This document shows positions 60,206-64,000 of a stretch of 64,000 bases of DNA, one piece after another. Location: IMG/VR virus record IMGVR_UViG_3300047472_000155, positions 32,001 to 96,000 of that record; one strand, 5' to 3'. Source of the DNA: a virus. The notes under the pieces were generated by a model, which saw nothing but the letters and a program-made list of their open reading frames with translations, was not told where the DNA came from and ran no database searches. How positions within the stretch are numbered: position 1 is the first letter of the stretch; each line of letters starts with the position of its first letter. The translations under genes were made by a program, and so were the position numbers.

Positions 60206-61229
60206 ACTTATAATCTTGGTTGGTATTCCTGGAAGTGGCAAAAGTACTAAGGCAAAAGAGATTTTGGATGAAAATCAAAATACAGTTTTAATTTCCTCAG
60301 ATGCAATTAGAGAAGAGTTGGGTGATGTAAATGATCAATCCAAGAACGATAAAGTTTTTGAGTTGTATTATAAACGTGCCGAAGAATCTCTTAAAGAAGG
60401 TAAAGATGTCATTCTTGATGCAACTAACACAACCGTAAAGTCAAGACGTATTGCAGTTGAACGATTGAAGAAACATGTAACAACCATTGAAGCTCATTAC
60501 TTCAATGTAGATTATTGGACTTCTTGGGGAAGAAATTGTAAAAGAGATAGATTCGTCCCAGAACATGTTATCGAAAGAATGTATAAATCTCTTCAAATTC
60601 CCACTTATGCAGAGGGATTTGATCAAATTGTATTTCACAATGAAAAAGAAAAAATGGATGAAAACAAGATAGTAACCTATAGTCGTAGTGGAATGATTTT
60701 CATATCTAGTTTGAAGGAACTTGAGGATTTCATTTCTTTGAATCAAAAATATGAGCGCATTATGGGAGAGCAGAAATATTTTGCACATGACTTACATGAT
60801 ATTTGGGAACTTCCACAAGATAATTCATTTCATTCTTTCAGCGTAAGTAGACATACTTATCATGTATGGAAATATATTCTTGAAAATTACAATGGGGAAG
60901 ATAAGATTGCCATGCTGTGGTCAGGATTGTTTCATGATGTTGGTAAAGCATTTTGCAAAAACTTCAAAAAATATGAAGATGGAACCGTATCACGATACGC
61001 TAACTTCATTGGACATGAGAATGTTTCTGCGCAACTTGCAGCAACACGTTTAAGTCAATACTATGATACAGAATTTGTGTTGAAGGTAGTTGAGATTATT
61101 CAATATCATATGCGTTTGATGCAAGTAGGGGATAGTGAAAAATCCATTAACAAATTGCAAAAATTTGTTGGCGTTGAGTTGATGAATAAACTTGAATTTT
61201 TCTATGAAGCAGATACGAGTGCAAAATAA
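60183..61229 (+). CDS. Polynucleotide kinase (P-loop) fused to an HD phosphohydrolase
   Basis: GIPGSGKST; SSD.IR; DATN; R.R.VP..VI; H..LFHDVGK..GHENVSA..HM. Confidence 0.88.
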   Translation: MQVSKLNKLIILVGIPGSGKSTKAKEILDENQNTVLISSDAIREELGDVNDQSKNDKVFELYYKRAEESLKEGKDVILDATNTTVKSRRIAVERLKKHVTTIEAHYFNVDYWTSWGRNCKRDRFVPEHVIERMYKSLQIPTYAEGFDQIVFHNEKEKMDENKIVTYSRSGMIFISSLKELEDFISLNQKYERIMGEQKYFAHDLHDIWELPQDNSFHSFSVSRHTYHVWKYILENYNGEDKIAMLWSGLFHDVGKAFCKNFKKYEDGTVSRYANFIGHENVSAQLAATRLSQYYDTEFVLKVVEIIQYHMRLMQVGDSEKSINKLQKFVGVELMNKLEFFYEADTSAK

Positions 61230-61247
61230 AAGGGAGATGAATATATA

Positions 61248-62135
61248 ATGTTCAAAAATATTAAGAGATATGATAGTTCAGAAGGCGTAGTTTGGAAGTA
61301 TGTCTTTGAAAAAGAAGATGCCGTAACAGAAGCAGTTCTTTATAAGTACAATACTTTTGAAGATAGAACAGTGGTATGTTGTTCTGTCCAGTCAGGATGT
61401 CCTATCGGATGTACATTTTGTGGTACTGGAAATAAGTTTATTAGAAATTTAACTCCAGATGAAATTGTAGCTCAAGTAACACATGTATTTAGTGATATGG
61501 ATATCAAGGACATAAATAGTAGATGTAAAAAATTGCAAATTATGTTCATGAGCATGGGTGAACCTATGACAAATTGGAAGAATGTCGAAGAAGCAATTTC
61601 ACAATTAAATAACCTTTATCCTAACGCTCAATTACTTATCTCTACTATCGGAGTAGATAATGATGCAATTTTCTCTAAAATAATTCAAACGTCAAAAAGA
61701 ATATCAAAAGTTGGACTTCAATTCTCTATTCATCAAGCTTTTGATACTGATAGAGATAATCTCATTCCATTTAAAAATAAAATGTCACTTAGAAAAATAA
61801 GAGACGCAGGAACAATTTGGAGCCAAGAAACAGGACGAAAAGTGTATTTAAATTATTGTGTTGATGGAAAGAATGTTTCCAAAGAACACTTAGACAGATT
61901 AAAAGACTTGTTCAGTCCTACAACTTTTAATTTTACATTTAGCGTTGTGTGTAGCGCAGATGAAACAATGAAAGATTCTGGATATAGAAATCATGAAAAG
62001 ATTAAAGAAGTAATGAGTTCATTTTTAGAGGATGGATACAATGTAAGAATGTTTGATCCTGCGGGACAAGATGATATTGGTGGTGGATGTGGTCAGTTGT
62101 GGTATGTTCAACAATGGATGAATGAATATAAATAA
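61248..62135 (+). CDS. RlmN/Cfr-like radical SAM RNA methyltransferase (short N-terminus)
   Basis: CCSVQSGCPIGCTFC; MSMGEP; SIH; DIGGGCGQL. Confidence 0.85.
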   Translation: MFKNIKRYDSSEGVVWKYVFEKEDAVTEAVLYKYNTFEDRTVVCCSVQSGCPIGCTFCGTGNKFIRNLTPDEIVAQVTHVFSDMDIKDINSRCKKLQIMFMSMGEPMTNWKNVEEAISQLNNLYPNAQLLISTIGVDNDAIFSKIIQTSKRISKVGLQFSIHQAFDTDRDNLIPFKNKMSLRKIRDAGTIWSQETGRKVYLNYCVDGKNVSKEHLDRLKDLFSPTTFNFTFSVVCSADETMKDSGYRNHEKIKEVMSSFLEDGYNVRMFDPAGQDDIGGGCGQLWYVQQWMNEYK

Positions 62136-62154
62136 AAAAGGAGATGAAATAAAT

Positions 62155-63063
62155 ATGACACAGAAAAAGTTTACAGATGTGGTACGCATGGGTCATAAGA
62201 CAACACAAGGAGTATTTCATATTGATGATCCAATTACGATAACAGAGAAGATTGATGGTGCAAACGCAAGCTTTAAACGTGAAGGCGACAAGGTTCTTGC
62301 ATTCTCTCGTAACAATCATCTTGATGAATCAAGTGATCTTGGCGGATTCTATCAATGGGTTCAAGCTAATATTGACCCTACAAAGCTTTTGGAAGGAGTC
62401 ATTATGTTTGGAGAGTGGCTTAATCCTCACAAGGTTAAATATGCACCTGAACACACTAAAACATTCATCTTGTTTGCTATCTTCAATGAGTTTACACAAG
62501 AATATGTTAGTTTTTCTATGGTTAAAGATGAGGCAAGACGATTGAATCTCAAGCTTGTCCCTGTGTTTTATGAAGGTGTATATCAATCTTATGAACATCT
62601 TCAATCATTTGTAGGAAAAACTGAACTTGGTGGGACTCTTGGCGGCGAAACCACAGGTGAAGGAATTGTAGTAGTTAACTATGACTATAAAGATAGATAT
62701 GGTGATCAAGTTTTCACAAAGATGGTTGTTGATAAATTTGCTGAGGTTCAACATCAAAAATCTCCACGCGATCCCAATACCCCTGAAACTATTGAGGCTC
62801 TTTGGGTAAAAGATAATATGACAAAAGCCCGTATAGAAAAACTCTTGCTTAAATTAGTAGATGAAGGTATAATTGAAGAAGAGTTTGGCATTGAAGACAT
62901 GGGAACTATTCTTAAGAATATCAATCGGCGCTTGATTGATGATATGATTAAGGAAGAGGTTGACTATTTACCAGAAGGATATGAACTCAAAGAAATTGGT
63001 CGCGCTGTTGCTGGCAAATCTCCTAATATTATTAAGGAGATTATTAAAGAAAGACAAATGTAA
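62155..63063 (+). CDS. Rnl2-family RNA ligase
   Basis: Motif I EKIDGAN; SRN; FGEW; EGIVV; K motif. Confidence 0.85.
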   Translation: MTQKKFTDVVRMGHKTTQGVFHIDDPITITEKIDGANASFKREGDKVLAFSRNNHLDESSDLGGFYQWVQANIDPTKLLEGVIMFGEWLNPHKVKYAPEHTKTFILFAIFNEFTQEYVSFSMVKDEARRLNLKLVPVFYEGVYQSYEHLQSFVGKTELGGTLGGETTGEGIVVVNYDYKDRYGDQVFTKMVVDKFAEVQHQKSPRDPNTPETIEALWVKDNMTKARIEKLLLKLVDEGIIEEEFGIEDMGTILKNINRRLIDDMIKEEVDYLPEGYELKEIGRAVAGKSPNIIKEIIKERQM

Positions 63064-63326
63064 TATAAAATGATTGGAGGAATTTATAATGGCAAAAGAA
63101 GTCGGAATTGGATTGACAACAAAGACAGTTTTGCATTTCTTAAACATACAAGACGATAGAGATGTGACTTTGATTACAAATGAGGTTAGTGTCAAAGATG
63201 TTTTGAAGATCATGATAGAAAATGACTTGCCTGTAAATTGTCTTATTAATAAGAAAATTAGACAGGTTAGAGATGGAATTTTTACAATAACAGCAATAAC
63301 CTTTGAATAAAATAGGAGGAATGAAT

Positions 63327-64000
63327 ATGATTCATATTAATATCCCCAAAAAAGTCAATCACATTATGGATGTAATTGGCGACTATAGTCATTCAGTGTA
63401 TGTCGTAGGAGGATGCATAAGAGATTCAATCTTAGGCATCACTCCTAAAGATTGGGACATTGCCACAAGTATGCGTCCAGAAATCGTAATAGCGGCTTTC
63501 AATAACCTTGGATATACCGTTGTCCCTACCGGATTGAAGCATGGAACAGTGACAATCGTAATTGATGGAGAACATTTTGAGGTTACAACATATCGCAAAG
63601 ATGGAGTATACTCAGATGGTCGAAGACCAGATGATGTTGTGTTTACACATGACATTAACGAGGACTTGTCACGAAGAGACTTTACTATTAATGCTATGGC
63701 ATACAATGAAGATGGATTAATTGATCCATTCAATGGCTACCATGATCTTCAAGCTAAATTCATTAGAGCGGTTGGTAATCCATCAGAAAGATTCAAGGAA
63801 GATGGGTTACGTATGTTACGTGCAATTCGTTTTTCGTCAACACTTGGATTTCATATTGCTCCTAGCACATATCGTGCTATTTGCGAAAAATATCGTTTAC
63901 TAAAGGATATTTCTGTTGAGCGTAAACGCGAAGAATTATATAAAATCTTGCTTTCCGACAATGCTCATTATGGAATTAGACATCTCATTAACACAGGATT
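63327..64000 (+). CDS. cca: CCA-adding tRNA nucleotidyltransferase (class II), truncated by window edge
   Basis: YVVGGCIRD; DWDIAT; EVTTYR; DLSRRDFTINAMA; EDGLRMLRAIRF. Confidence 0.93.
   Translation, partial: MIHINIPKKVNHIMDVIGDYSHSVYVVGGCIRDSILGITPKDWDIATSMRPEIVIAAFNNLGYTVVPTGLKHGTVTIVIDGEHFEVTTYRKDGVYSDGRRPDDVVFTHDINEDLSRRDFTINAMAYNEDGLIDPFNGYHDLQAKFIRAVGNPSERFKEDGLRMLRAIRFSSTLGFHIAPSTYRAICEKYRLLKDISVERKREELYKILLSDNAHYGIRHLINTG

Overview
This AT-rich window looks like part of a large temperate phage of a Bacillus-like host. It resembles the SPbeta/Tsamsa type, inferred from the gene content and sigma-A promoters. Left part (1-12.5 kb, minus strand): nrdG/nrdD, 11 tRNAs plus one odd tRNA-like RNA, several unexplained structured RNAs, an HNH endonuclease, PIN-PhoH, HU and RecD2. 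12.8-21 kb: a TubR/TubZ-like partition locus, a tyrosine recombinase, a long inverted-repeat element, a Rep-like wHTH protein, a BRO antirepressor, a DEDD exonuclease and an RsfA-like regulator. 21-24.8 kb is essentially non-coding. It holds a dense array of host transcription-factor-like operators (CcpA cre, PurR PurBox, ArgR/AhrC ARG box), then a promoter and a ~600-700 nt highly paired RNA. 24.8-50 kb is a plus-strand early/accessory region of small ORFs separated by structurally conserved hairpins, and includes PcrA/UvrD, HNH, DUF262 and DUF2786 proteins. 50-64 kb: YopQ/YopR(MrpR)-like repressor genes, two Ser/Thr kinases, YqeY, PnuC+NadR, an ACP-like protein lacking the attachment Ser, and an RNA/tRNA repair cluster (Rnl1, Pnk-HD, RlmN-like, Rnl2, CCA-adding enzyme). 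The most novel-looking signals are non-coding: the operator array, a 28-nt-period NCCA/UGGN hairpin array in the tRNA cluster, a DIP1984-like gene with a downstream RNA carrying 7-nt repeats, the large RNA and the intergenic hairpin family. All family calls are from motif recognition by eye; no database searches or folding programs were run.
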